Assembly (NCBI RefSeq): GCF_016433145.1
Contig: NC_058133.1
Span: 284,364,202-284,428,201 of the forward strand
Source of the DNA: Gracilinanus agilis
Taxonomy: Eukaryota
Direction of reading: 5' to 3'
DNA: 64,000 nt
Shown piece after piece: positions 15,564 through 26,731 of the stretch (position 1 is its first letter; each line of letters begins with the position of its first letter). Both the position numbers and the translations under genes were made by a program. Under the pieces are notes generated by a model. That model did no database searches and was not told the origin of the DNA. It saw only the letters and a list, made by a program, of their open reading frames with translations.

Positions 15564-16409
15564 GACTATTGAAGTTACTTAGTAGGATCAGGAGACAATC
15601 TGAGGAAAAATAAAAATACTTCAAATAAACATCTAAGGAATAGAAGTTTCATGAGAATCTAGTGAAAAAGGTAGATGAGAAAAATACAAGAAAAGTTTTT
15701 CACATTTTGCATGCGGGAATTGACCATTTTCTCACCCCCATCCCCATCACCTTATTAAGAAACTATGCACAAGGAACTATTCTTAGGATTCCTTCCAAAT
15801 CTTTTCCTAATAAAATAATTTAATAAAATCCCTTTCTATTCCTAAGTATGATCTTTCAAAGAATAATACTATATAGTGCTAATACCACTCAATGGAAAGA
15901 GCAAAGGATCGAGTTCAAGACTAGATTCAAATCCTGGCTATGCTGCTTTCTAATTGTGTGACCTTTATGATCTAAAGAAAGAGGAATTAGATTTGGAGCC
16001 ATTAGGCCTTAGGTTTTGAATACTGGTTCAGCCAGTCTTACTCAGTCCTTAAAAAAGCGATTTAACCTCTTTGTATATTGTTCCTCATCTCTGAAATGAT
16101 GATAGTCAAGGTTCCTTCAAGCTTTAAAATCCTGATTATGTACTATTTTTATTCTAAGTCTATTATTGAGTTTTACTTATCTGTTTCATTTACTTTCTGT
16201 TTTCTTCTCGATTTTAACTTTTTGATTACAAACTTTAAAATAACATTAATTTGATGTTAGATTCTGAATAATTTTCTTGTATATCTTTATACTTTTAAGT
16301 TTACTTAAATAACCAAATATTTTATTAACCAATAGGAGTCAGCCAAAGAAAATACTTGAGCACTTCACAGATCTGTATCCTAATTTTTTATGGATATTCC
16401 CTTTATTGT

Positions 16410-16560
16410 AGGGATTTTTAACATATTTCGAGTAATGGGCCCCTTTGGAAGTCTATGGAACCCTTCTCAGAAAATGTTTTGAATATATAAAATAAAATAT
16501 ATAGTATTGTAAAAAACTAATTATATTGAAATATAGTTATCAAATCTTTTTTTAAGAAAC
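16410..16560 (+). mobile_element. Older hAT/Charlie-like MITE family copy
   Basis: Shared core ataaaata(c/t)atag...aattatattgaaatatagttatc. Further copies at about 20820-21025 (+) and 37440-37570 (-), and weaker ones near 17970 and 28790. Confidence 0.55.
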
Positions 16561-18632
16561 AATTTTATGAGAAATACAAAGTAATGTTCTATAGATAAAT
16601 ATTAGAAATTATATATACTTTTGGAATTGATATAAAAATAGTAATAACTAACATTTATCCAACACTTTAAGGCTTACCCTGTGCTTTATAACTATCATGT
16701 CACTTTATCCAATCCAGAAAAACTCATTATCATGTGGTCAATTTGATCATGGGACGTTCTCTAACAAGATAATAAACTAGTGCTAGGAAAACAGAGACAC
16801 ACAGCCTGTCAATGCATTTTTAAAGATGTTTTTATAAAACTTGATTATGTTTTATTGGTAATAATCATTATTTACCAATTGGATGAAATGAACTAAAGAG
16901 AGGTTAGAATGCATTTCTCTAAAATATAATCATAGTTAACTTTTATATAACATGTACAATGTTAAAGGTACTATGGTAAATGCTTTAAAATTATTGTCTC
17001 ATTTGACCCTCACAATAACTGTAGGAGAGAAGTGCTATTATTATCCCTATTTTACAGTTGGGAAAACTAAGGCAGATTTTTTTTTTTAAAGTGACTTGCC
17101 CAGAGTCACACAGCTAAGTGTCCGAGGTTACATTTGAATTCAGGTCTTCCTAACTCCAGCTTAAGTATCCTTATCTACTGAGCCACCTAACTAGCAAAGA
17201 GGCTTTTTCATATTCACATCTTTTCCCAAGCTATAATCTCTATTCTAGTTTTATCAATAAGAAAATAAAGATGAAAAAGTCCAAAAATAAAATCTTCACT
17301 GTAATAATTCAAGAAGTTATTCTGAAAACCGTCTGAGGACAGTTCATATAGGCACAAAGAATAAACAAGTATCACACACATCACATTTTATTGGGATACA
17401 CTTATGACCATTCTATACTTGGGGAAAATTTGTTCACTAAGCTGAGGAGTTCATTTTCATATATGGACATTTCAACAATTTTTCATTTGATGAGAAATTT
17501 TTGATGCTTTTATTTCAGTATTTAGAACATGGTTGGGAAAAGAGACTTCAAGAAACAATTAATGAAAATATAAACCAATACAATTCAAGTTATTAATGAA
17601 TAGGAAGTAACAAGAGGCTCTAGCTTACAGCCAAAAGCTGCACAGAGAAGCAAAAAACATAGCTAGGTAATGATATGAACCATAAATCAACTTGTGATCA
17701 TCCACATCCCAGTCATCCACAGCAAAATTCTAATTCCATGCTATCTTGCCTCTGCCACTGAGCAGGGTTTTGAGTCAAATAATCATTTTAAGGAGAGCAA
17801 AAACAATTAGTTATGTAAATGTGTTGTGGAAAATGTATTTAAAATATTAATAAAAATATTAAGTTAGTTTTCTACTGTTTGGGATTCTCTATTTTACTGT
17901 TCCCTCTTTAAAGTCCCTTCACTTCCCATTATTAAAGAGAAGTAGTTCCAAAGTTGGGATCCTACAGAGTTGTTTTGTTTTTTTAATTTTCGATGAGTGT
18001 ATTTTAATGTAATAAATTTCCTTTGTAATCTTAGGCTTTTTATTTTATGAATTAAAACATTCCGAGATTTCCCCATACTCCCAAAGAGAAGCTCATGACA
18101 CATAAAAGAAAAAAAAACAACTTCTAGATAATCAAAAGTTGACTACTTTTTAGTAAAACTGGTGCAGCCAAAGCGTTAGGGTCGGCCACACCTAAGTCAG
18201 GTTATCTTGCGGGGAACGGAGTCATCTTTTACTAGAAGCACTGACAGAAACTTCTTTACTGCAGAACAGTGATAGCTACCGGTAAGTATATATGCTTTAC
18301 AATATCGAATTAAGTTACATGGGGAAGGAGAAGGGTTAAGAAAACTTGAATAAAATCCAGTAGCTTATGATAAGAATAGGATGCTCAATTAACCTTTTCT
18401 TCTTAAATATCTGAGAATGAAGGAACAAGCCTGGAACTTTCATTTCAAGGGTTAGAAGGGATGAAAAGGAGGAGGAGGTAAAGAGAAAGGGAGAGAAGAA
18501 AACAGAGGATTAAAAGGGCGGGGAAGTGGGCTGTCAAGAGGGAGAGAGTGGGTGGGGGGAAGTGGGGCAGGGGTAGGAGGGAAGAAAAGAGAGTCATGGG
18601 AAAAGGAGAGAGACAGTCGTGTGCTTACTTAC

Positions 18633-18830
18633 CGGTACCTATTTAATGGGCCTTTTTGGCCTTTATGGCCTTTCCCCGAGTGGAGTTAGGGTAAGACACT
18701 TAACCCTAAACCTATACCCAGCAAGGTCCAGGCCAGACCAATCACTTGGTCCCTCAGCCCTCCTACCAAGGACAGGAAGGGATTGCCCGAGAAAATGTCT
18801 TCTGCGCATGCGCAAGAAGAATGTGGGTTG
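18633..18830 (-). other. MMUT: Probable non-coding exon 1 of MMUT (5' boundary approximate)
   Basis: Strong minus-strand donor CCG|GTAAGT at 18632-18627 at the edge of the CpG-rich promoter. MMUT has an untranslated exon 1 in mammals. The TSS cannot be determined from sequence. Confidence 0.6.
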
Positions 18831-19130
18831 GCAGGAGCTGGGAGTACAGGGGGAGGAGGCTGGTCGCATCCATACAGCTGCAGGGGCGTGGCCAGCCAGC
18901 CAATCGAAGAGCTTCCCGTACAAGGAAGGGGCTTCATTCTCATTGCTGGGGAGGGGGGGGTTGGGGTGACAGACCGGAAGACGCCCTTGTCTCCGCCCAC
19001 TGTTTTTTTTTTGTTTGTGTTTTGTTTTGTTTTTTGATGGTTTGCGAGTGAGTTGGGATCCATCTAGGGCGCCTGCGTAGCAAATACGCATGCGTCACCG
19101 GAAAAACCTTTTGGGACTGTTTAAAAGAAG
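18730..19130. promoter_or_regulatory. Bidirectional CpG-rich promoter shared by MMUT and CENPQ
   Basis: Main CpG-rich island of the window. Perfect NRF1 palindrome TGCGCATGCGCA at 18803-18814 and a second NRF1-like ACGCATGCGT at 19086-19095. CCAAT boxes at 18738 and 18900. GC boxes GGGGCGTGGC at 18883-18892 and CTCCGCCCA at 18991-18999. ETS-like ACCGGAAG at 18973-18980 and CACCGGAAA at 19096. Confidence 0.9.
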
Positions 19131-19148
19131 GCGGTGGAATTTGACCTG
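19100..19148 (+). other. CENPQ: Probable non-coding exon 1 of CENPQ (5' boundary approximate)
   Basis: Donor CTG|GTGAGT at 19149-19154 at the right edge of the CpG island. Confidence 0.7.
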
Positions 19149-22100
19149 GTGAGTAATTTATCTAAGAGTCCAGATTTCCCAGCGTTTTGGAGCTCAAAGG
19201 AAAGGGAGAGGGTAAAGTTTGGAGAAGCAGAGTTGACTGATTGTGTGGCAACTCCCAGCGTGCCAGAAAAGGCCGTTTTAGCAACCACCTATGGGGGGAT
19301 ATTTGTGGTGACCAAGCCCTTTTCATTAGAGAGGAAAGTGGAGGTTGTAGGTGATGCGGGGTCAGTAATGGTCTACTTGATGCTTTCCTATTGACCTGTA
19401 CGTAGTTTGTACGTAGTAGCTACCATTATTTATAACATGTATGTATACAGCATGACCCCAAAGTCTTAGTGCTGTTTTAAACTATTAAACCTTGGACAAC
19501 GAAACTATTAAAGTTTAAAACTTTCGGGACACCCTTTATAATGTTGTATTTGCCTATATGTGTAGCTGACTAGTTTGCTTAATGGATAGTATTGGATTTG
19601 GTGTAATGAAGACTTGAATTAGAATGCTGCCTCAGAGACTTAAGAGACTGTGACCCTGGGCGAGTCATTTAATCTCTGCTTTATTTTCTTCGTTTGTAAA
19701 AAAAGGAATGTTGATAGCACTTACCTCACCCAGGTGTTGTAAGGGTCAAAAGAGAGAACCTTTGAAACACTTTGCTGTATTAGTGCTAGAAATCGAGAAA
19801 TAAATATTACCTATGTGCCAGCTGTTGTGCGAAATCCTGGAAATACAAAAACAGAAGACAACCCCTGCCCTCCAGAAGCTTATGATCTATGCACTTATCC
19901 TCCCCAATAGAATGCGAGCATCTTTTTCGTTGCAAACTCAGTACCTGGTATATAGCTGTAGGTATTTAGTAAGCCTTGTTATTTAATTGATAAAGGGAAT
20001 CTGATAAGAGAGGGAGAGATGTATAGACTTAACCTCTCTCACTTTTCCCCTCCTCCTTCTACCCCATTCTTCCTTATTACTTGTCTCCTATTGTAGAAAC
20101 TTAATAAAAAGTTTATTGTTAGTCTTTAAAGTGCTCCACAATCTGCCTCCAGGCTAGATTTTCTTACAGATTTTGAGATCCCCTCTGTCACCTTATCTTA
20201 TGTTCTAGCTAATGTAAATTAACAATTGAATTATTAACAGTTGAGTCAGTGAGATTTCTGAAGGTATTTTTTCATTTGGTGTTCCCTTTATAAAGTCCAG
20301 CTTGACAGTGGACCTTTTACTTTGGTAAAAGGAATGTCTTTAAAAGATAAACTCTTTCAAGATTATAACCAGAATGCTCTGGAGGGTCAGTCAGAGAGCT
20401 TCTTGAAAGCAAGTTCCCATGGGATTAGAGTAGATTTAAGGTTTCATAAATTCAGATTGTCATGGGTTTGCTCTAGGTTCAGGGAGTATAAGGGGGTGGA
20501 AAACAGCCCCTGTTCTTAATTTGGACTTTGTTGTTGTTGTGCAGTAGTTTTCAGTCATATTGGACTCTTCTTTACTAATTGCTGTTTTCATTGCAAAAAT
20601 ACTAGAAAGGTTTGTAATTTTCTTCTCTCGAAATTGAGACTTTATTTACTGATGCTGATTCTTATCTCTATATCCCTCTATCAGTCATTTCATGAACTCC
20701 CATACTATTATTTCAATAAAGATTACCCTCAGTAAGTATAGTCAAGTCCAATGGTTCCCACAGAATATACTAGCACCAGGTGTATCATGAATTGTCTAGA
20801 ACTTCACCATGTCTCAAATCTCCCATAAAGTAAAAGTTCTGAAAAAAATGTTTTTTGATTTCATAGGCCCCTTTTTCATTCTGGTGAAACTTTTGGGCTT
20901 CTAGAACTTTTTTGAAGGTATAAAACAAAATACATGTGATTACGATGGAAATTAATTATATTGAAATGTAGTTATCAAATAGCTAACATATTTTAAAAAT
21001 TCACAAATACCAGGTTAAGAACTTTGTGTTTAATATTGTACAGAAAGTAAAGAATTTGAGAACTATTATCCTAATCTCTCCTCAGTTTCAGCCCTTTATC
21101 CACCAGTATGGCTAAGGCTCCCAGATAATAAAAACTTAAGTTCTAGTTAGAATTCATTATCTACTTCCCATCCCCACAAAAAATGGTACTCTTACCTACA
21201 ACTAAATATGACCATTACCTTTATTATGTTCACCAAAAAAAAATATGTAAAGGTAACCCAGGATTCTCAAAAACCAAGCTTGTAGAGCATAAGCTTTTGC
21301 CTATTCTACTTGGCTAGAAATACTAATAGAACATCTAAATAGCACAGTGAATGTAATACTAGGCAAGAGGACTGGTCCTCCTGAGTTGAAATCTGCCCTT
21401 AGATTCTATTGTGAGCCTTGGAAAGTCACTGAACTTGGTTTGCCTGAGTTCCTCATCCATAAAATGATCTGGACTGGACAAAGAAATGGTGAAATCCCTC
21501 CAGTATCTATCACAGAAAACCCCAAATAGGATCAGGAAGGGTCAAAAGTCCAGACCTTTGTCCAAAGCTTTTCTTTTCTTTCATCTTTACCCTACTGTGA
21601 TGAATTATTGATACACCAAAATTTCTGAAGAAAGTAACCACTAGGTGGTGCTTGAAGCCTTTTGCTTTTAAATTTAAAATAAATGTATAAAAGTTTAGAG
21701 GGATTAAATTTACTTTCAGAGCTTTCTCTCTTGCCAATCTCTGAAGCAACTTTGTGAATGTTAAAATACTTTATTGGAGAATGGAATTTATATTGGTTGA
21801 AAAGTGCTTTTAAATAGAATTTGAGAGAGTTTTATAAAATAAAAATATTTTTTAACACTAAATCCAAACTTTCACTTAGTACAAGGATCAGCAACTGTTT
21901 CTTTTTTTGGTCAATCTTCATGCATTCACTTCCTTGCAAAGGGATGATGGTGATTGTAGTGAATAGGTATTCTATATCCTTGGTATATATTGACAGAAGG
22001 GGGAAAATTAAGTACTGAATCAAAAATAGAAAAGTAGAACAAATTAGAGAAGCAGGAAGTGGTTAAGAAGAATGAGCAGAGGAGTGGGAAAATAAACTAG

Positions 22101-22651
22101 TTATCACAACTTTTATGGACCTCTACCCCTAGTAATGCTTCTTTATACTACCTTGGCCTTTAACACAAATGTTTAAAGCTGTAGACAGAAGAAATTTTCA
22201 TTTTGTGAGTTGAGAGATCTTCATTTTATTTTATGTTCATTTTGAGAGTGCTTAGCTTTGGGACCACGGGCAAGACATTTACATTTTCCATAATTATTTG
22301 TTAAAAAACTAGACATAATAATGACAGCTCCACATATACATAGTTGTTTGTCTAAAATGAAAGACATATAAAAACACTTTTGAAAATGTAAACAGTACAA
22401 ATGCAGAGATTTTTAGAAGTTAAAAAAGGAACAAATTATCTAGATGAGCCCCTAAACATATTTCATTTTTTTATTATAACTTTTAGCATGATGAGAGAAT
22501 CCAAAAGTAAAATAGACTTATTTATAATATTGATTTGTATTTTGCTTATTTTAACTGATTGAAGTCTCATGATATTTTCAGAATTTTCCATTTATATTTG
22601 TTTTTTTCTCCACAGATAATTGAACTATTAATTTGTTCTGCGTAAGTCAAG

Positions 22652-22780
22652 ATGCCTGGCAAAGCAGGTACAAGTAGAAAAATAGGAAACAAATCGACAC
22701 AGGAGAGTAAATCTGAATACCATACAAAAACTGGAAAAAGGAAAGTTGATAATGGAGATACTAAGGATGCAGAAAAAGAG
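22652..22780 (+). CDS. CENPQ: Centromere protein Q, exon 2 coding part (MPGKAGTSRK...DAEKE)
   Basis: Acceptor ttttttctccacAG at 22614-22615, ATG at 22652, donor GAG|GTATTG. Basic N-terminus resembles human MSGKANASKK; about 9 aa longer than human as recalled. Confidence 0.88.
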
Positions 22781-24309
22781 GTATTGACAAAGTCATACTT
22801 AACCATTCAGAAAAAAATTGAGATAAAAATGTGTTTTCTTCTTTCTTGGCATTCTCTATGAAACAGAGTAATAGGGTATATAAAGATAAAGCCAGTTTAG
22901 TATTAGAATTGAAAAAGTGAGAAAGGGAAGGCTAAAACTATTAAGTAATAAAATTTTAGAGTTAAAAACTGTCTTGAAACTTGTCTAGTCCCAGACTTTT
23001 TAATTTAGAAGTTCAAAATCTAAGGCTCACATTAAACAACTTCTCCAAGTAAAAAATATGTAGTTATTGACAAAGTCAGAGAACTAGAATCCAGATCTGA
23101 TTTTACAGTGGATTTTCTTTACATTATATTACATTTCTTTCACCTGACATATGTGTTTATGTACAAGAGGAAAATGTTGCCCAATAATAACTAAACCAAT
23201 AAGTATTTATGAATCATTTGCTGTAGGTCAGACATTTCATGTACCAGAGATAAAAATCCAATGGAAGCAGGCCTTTCCCTCTAGTAGCTTACGTTATAAA
23301 TAGGGAGAAAACAAATGTACATATAAGTGCTTCATATGTACAAAATGAATACAAGACAGTTTTGGAAGGGAGGACACTAATAACTTGGGGCTATGGAGTA
23401 TTCCAAGAAAGGCCTTATGTAGAGCTAAGTCTTAAAGGAGACTAGGAATATCCAGATTTGAGAAGAAAGTGAAACTTAAGTTTAGGGAGTTTAGGGAACA
23501 CTTGGTGTAAAGACATAGAGATGGGAAATGGGACTAGCCTATATGAAGAATAGCAAGTAGGCTAGTATGAATGGATCATTGAGTATGTGGAAGAGAGAAA
23601 TAAAACTACAGGAGAAGTGGAAATCATGGTTGTGAAGAACTTAGAATACTGAAACACATAGTTTATATTTAATTCTAGAATTTATAAGAAACCCCAGAAA
23701 TTTTTCAGGCTAATTGGTGATATCACTTATCTGTCCAAACCTCTATATCCCCCCCCTTTTTTTAAAGCTCTTTTGTGACAAGTAAGCACACAAGTGCTAT
23801 GGGCAAAGTGTTTGTCTTATTCTCTAATTTGCCTCTATTCTTCTTAGTCGGGAAATCTTTTTCACTTTTTTTTCCCCCAGCATAAGCCTTTATTTGTCAA
23901 GTTATTGTTTTTTACCTAAACTTCAGACTTACCAATATGAAACTTAATTTTATCAGATATAGCCCCTTGTTCTAAAATGCTGAGATCTTTTAGGATTCTG
24001 GCCATGTCATCAAACGTGTTAATTATCCCTTCAATTTTAAGGTTATTGGAAAATTTAATAAGCCTTCCTTTATCTCTGTCATTGATTTAAAAAATATACA
24101 TATGTATATATGTATATTTTTTAAATCGCATATTCCCTCCAAGTTTACATTGACCTGTTAAAGACTGTTTTGGAGGTGTGTTCAATGATAACCATTTCTA
24201 ACTACTGTCTTCTAGTACAGAAAGACTTCATTAGAAGTCTTTAATGTTTCATTAAAATCTAAATTCAGTATACACACAGCAACTTCCTATAATCTACCAA
24301 TATTAGATT

Positions 24310-24450
24310 CTGTGTTTGAATCTGACCTCAGATTCTTCTTAGCTGTATGACCCTGGGCAAGGCATTAACTCCCTGGAGCCAAGCCCTTACCTCCTTGTGC
24401 CTTTGAACCAATATATATTCTGTCTTGAAATCAATGGAAGGTAAAGGTTA
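24310..24450 (+). mobile_element. Older marsupial tRNA-SINE (SINE1-related) copy
   Basis: agctgtatgaccctgggcaag...cccttac...ggaaggtaaaggttaaaaaaa. Similar copies at about 10805-10960 and 37585-37770. Confidence 0.75.
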
Positions 24451-24576
24451 AAAAAATTAAAAGTTGAGTTTATTTTTCCTCTACCTAACTAGAAAAGTCC
24501 TGGATAAGTATCAGGGTGTCAACATATGTCGAATTTTGTTAGAAAATTGTTTTTCTAACTTTTTTTTTTAATCTAG

Positions 24577-24628
24577 GTAAGACTGTCAACCAAACAAATG
24601 AAGAAACAACCAAAAAGTCCTTTACAAG
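24577..24628 (+). CDS. CENPQ: CENPQ exon 3 (VRLSTKQMKKQPKSPLQ)
   Basis: Long T tract plus AG at 24575-24576, donor AG|GTACAA. 52 nt, phase 0 to 1, matching the flanking exons. Starts with VR as in human VRNTVKK. Confidence 0.8.
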
Positions 24629-25344
24629 GTACAATTTTTCACCTTTTTTCTAAGAAATTATTTAAAGAGATTACCCCAGACTATATAAAAATATTAAAAT
24701 TAACATTTTATAAATTTGATATAAAATTAGACAAGATAATATTCTTTTTGGTTGCTAGTAGTAGTGGTGGTGGTAGTAGCAGTAATAGTATCTATTACAA
24801 TATTAATTCCAACTTTTCTTCTTAATTAGGCAGTTCTGAAGTTTCCTAGCATCCTTTAACCAAGTGCTATTTAGAAATTTTACTCTTAATTCAAGTTTTA
24901 CTCTGTTATAAATTGTAAAAGATTGAATAGTGTGTTTTTTTTAATTCTTTAAAAGGAATAGGCTAAAAGCTACCTACAGTTGTTATTAGTAGTAATAATT
25001 GTTCTGCTGGCCTTGAGTCATGGTTGGTAGAAGGGAAGAATAAGAAAAGAACACTTGTTAGACATGTGGCAACAAATTCTTTTCCTAGCACTGACCTCAC
25101 CCCTGCTTTTAGATCACAAGTTTGGGTATGGGTAAATAAATAATTGAGGAGGAAGTATGGAAAGTGACAATGTAACAGAACAATATTGTCTGCATCAGAA
25201 TTGTAATCTAGATGGCAGTTGAATCATGGCTAGGATTTTCCCTCCAAAGTCAAATAATCACATTTCTAAAAATATGTATTTAGGAGGGCACTAACTATAT
25301 GAGTTTTTAAAAAATAAAATATAACATAAGAAAATACTCTAGAA

Positions 25345-25529
25345 CAGTGATGGGCAAACTTTTTAAACAGGGGCCAAAGGAAAGGAAATCCTCATCTGTC
25401 AGTCTGTTTCTACGGCAACTCTTTCGAAGTTTCATTATATTATATCCTACTCCTTGTATTCGTCAGATTAGGAATAATGTTGCAGGACTGTGTTGAACAT
25501 TTCAGGGGGCTGCATCTGGCCCATCACTG
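25345..25529. mobile_element. hAT MITE, 185 bp
   Basis: Perfect 11-bp TIR CAGTGATGGGC / GCCCATCACTG and perfect 8-bp TSD ctctagaa (25337-25344, 25530-25537). Confidence 0.93.
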
Positions 25530-26139
25530 CTCTAGAATATACTACAATACAAGAATTCAAGAGAAATAGTGTGACATAGTTGGTAGAGGGGGTAGTCCTG
25601 ATTTCAAGGCTTACCTCTGACACAGACCAATCTATGTGACTATAAGCAAGGTACTTAATTTCTTTGTGTCCCCAAACAACTCTATAAAAGTTGTAGATGA
25701 GTTGTCAATATGCATTATTGGGGTTGGCTTATACCAAGAATTGTCTAGATAGTTAACACAAAACTGGATTAAAGATAAAAATCTAAAATATTCCTTTCTC
25801 CATTTCCTGTTTTAAAGAACACCTTCCATGGATGTATTTTTCAAGTTCTGCCTGGGTCCATTGACTAGCTAAATTAGTCATCATTCACAGAGGCAGAGTT
25901 ACTATGGCTTATTCCCTCAGAGTGATATACATTCCATCAGTAATTGATGGACATTTGTATCCCTTATAATTTGGGTAGCAGAATTTGTAACATGAGACAA
26001 AGAGGGAAAAAAATTGTTGCTAATTGCAATGCAACTGATAATAAAAAGAAAAAACATAGACTTGCTAAGGAGAACTTATATCACTAGTTAAGGAATATGT
26101 CTTCTTTTGGTATTGGTCTTTTCTCTGGTTGCCTTAGAT

Positions 26140-26325
26140 CCATGGTGGCAAACTTATAGCACCTTCTCTGTGGGCAGGCATGTCATCACCCAAGCACAGA
26201 ATGCCCTAGAGTTCATTACTAGAAAGCCAGAGGGATGCAGGTTGGGCTGCTCCCCTCTCCCTCTCCACTTACACCTGAGGACATTTCTCACATTACCCGC
26301 TCCTCTAAAAGACTGGCCATTACTG
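26140..26325. mobile_element. hAT MITE, degenerate
   Basis: Ends ccatggtggcaaac / ggccattactg. 8-bp TSD ccttagat / ccctagat. Confidence 0.7.
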
Positions 26326-26580
26326 CCCTAGATCAAAGATGTACTTTGTCACTTATCACTTGTGAGACTAGGTAAAAAAGGAGGAGTTGACATCCTTAGG
26401 CAGTTAAAACTGTCTTTTCTTAACAATTAATTTGACTATCATAATGGTCATTCTAAAGGGAAATTCAAAATTTTTTAAAAATGACAGTATTGTGATGCAT
26501 GTTTAGGTTCAAGATGACTTATAAATGGATTAATACATTTGGATATTTTTCTATATGTCTGCATGTTTTTAGTCACAACT

Positions 26581-26731
26581 NNNNNNNNNNNNNNNNNNNN
26601 NNNNNNNNNNNNNNNNNNNNNNNNNNNNNNNNNNNNNNNNNNNNNNNNNNNNNNNNNNNNNNNNNNNNNNNNNNNNNNNNNNNNNNNNNNNNNNNNNNNN
26701 NNNNNNNNNNNNNNNNNNNNNNNNNNNNNNN
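26581..26731. other. Assembly gap (151 N)
   Basis: Run of N. Confidence 1.

Noticed and set aside
18619-19091. Cluster of 84-142 aa ORFs on both strands
   Set aside because: These are stop-poor frames expected in a GC-rich promoter, with no homology recognised.
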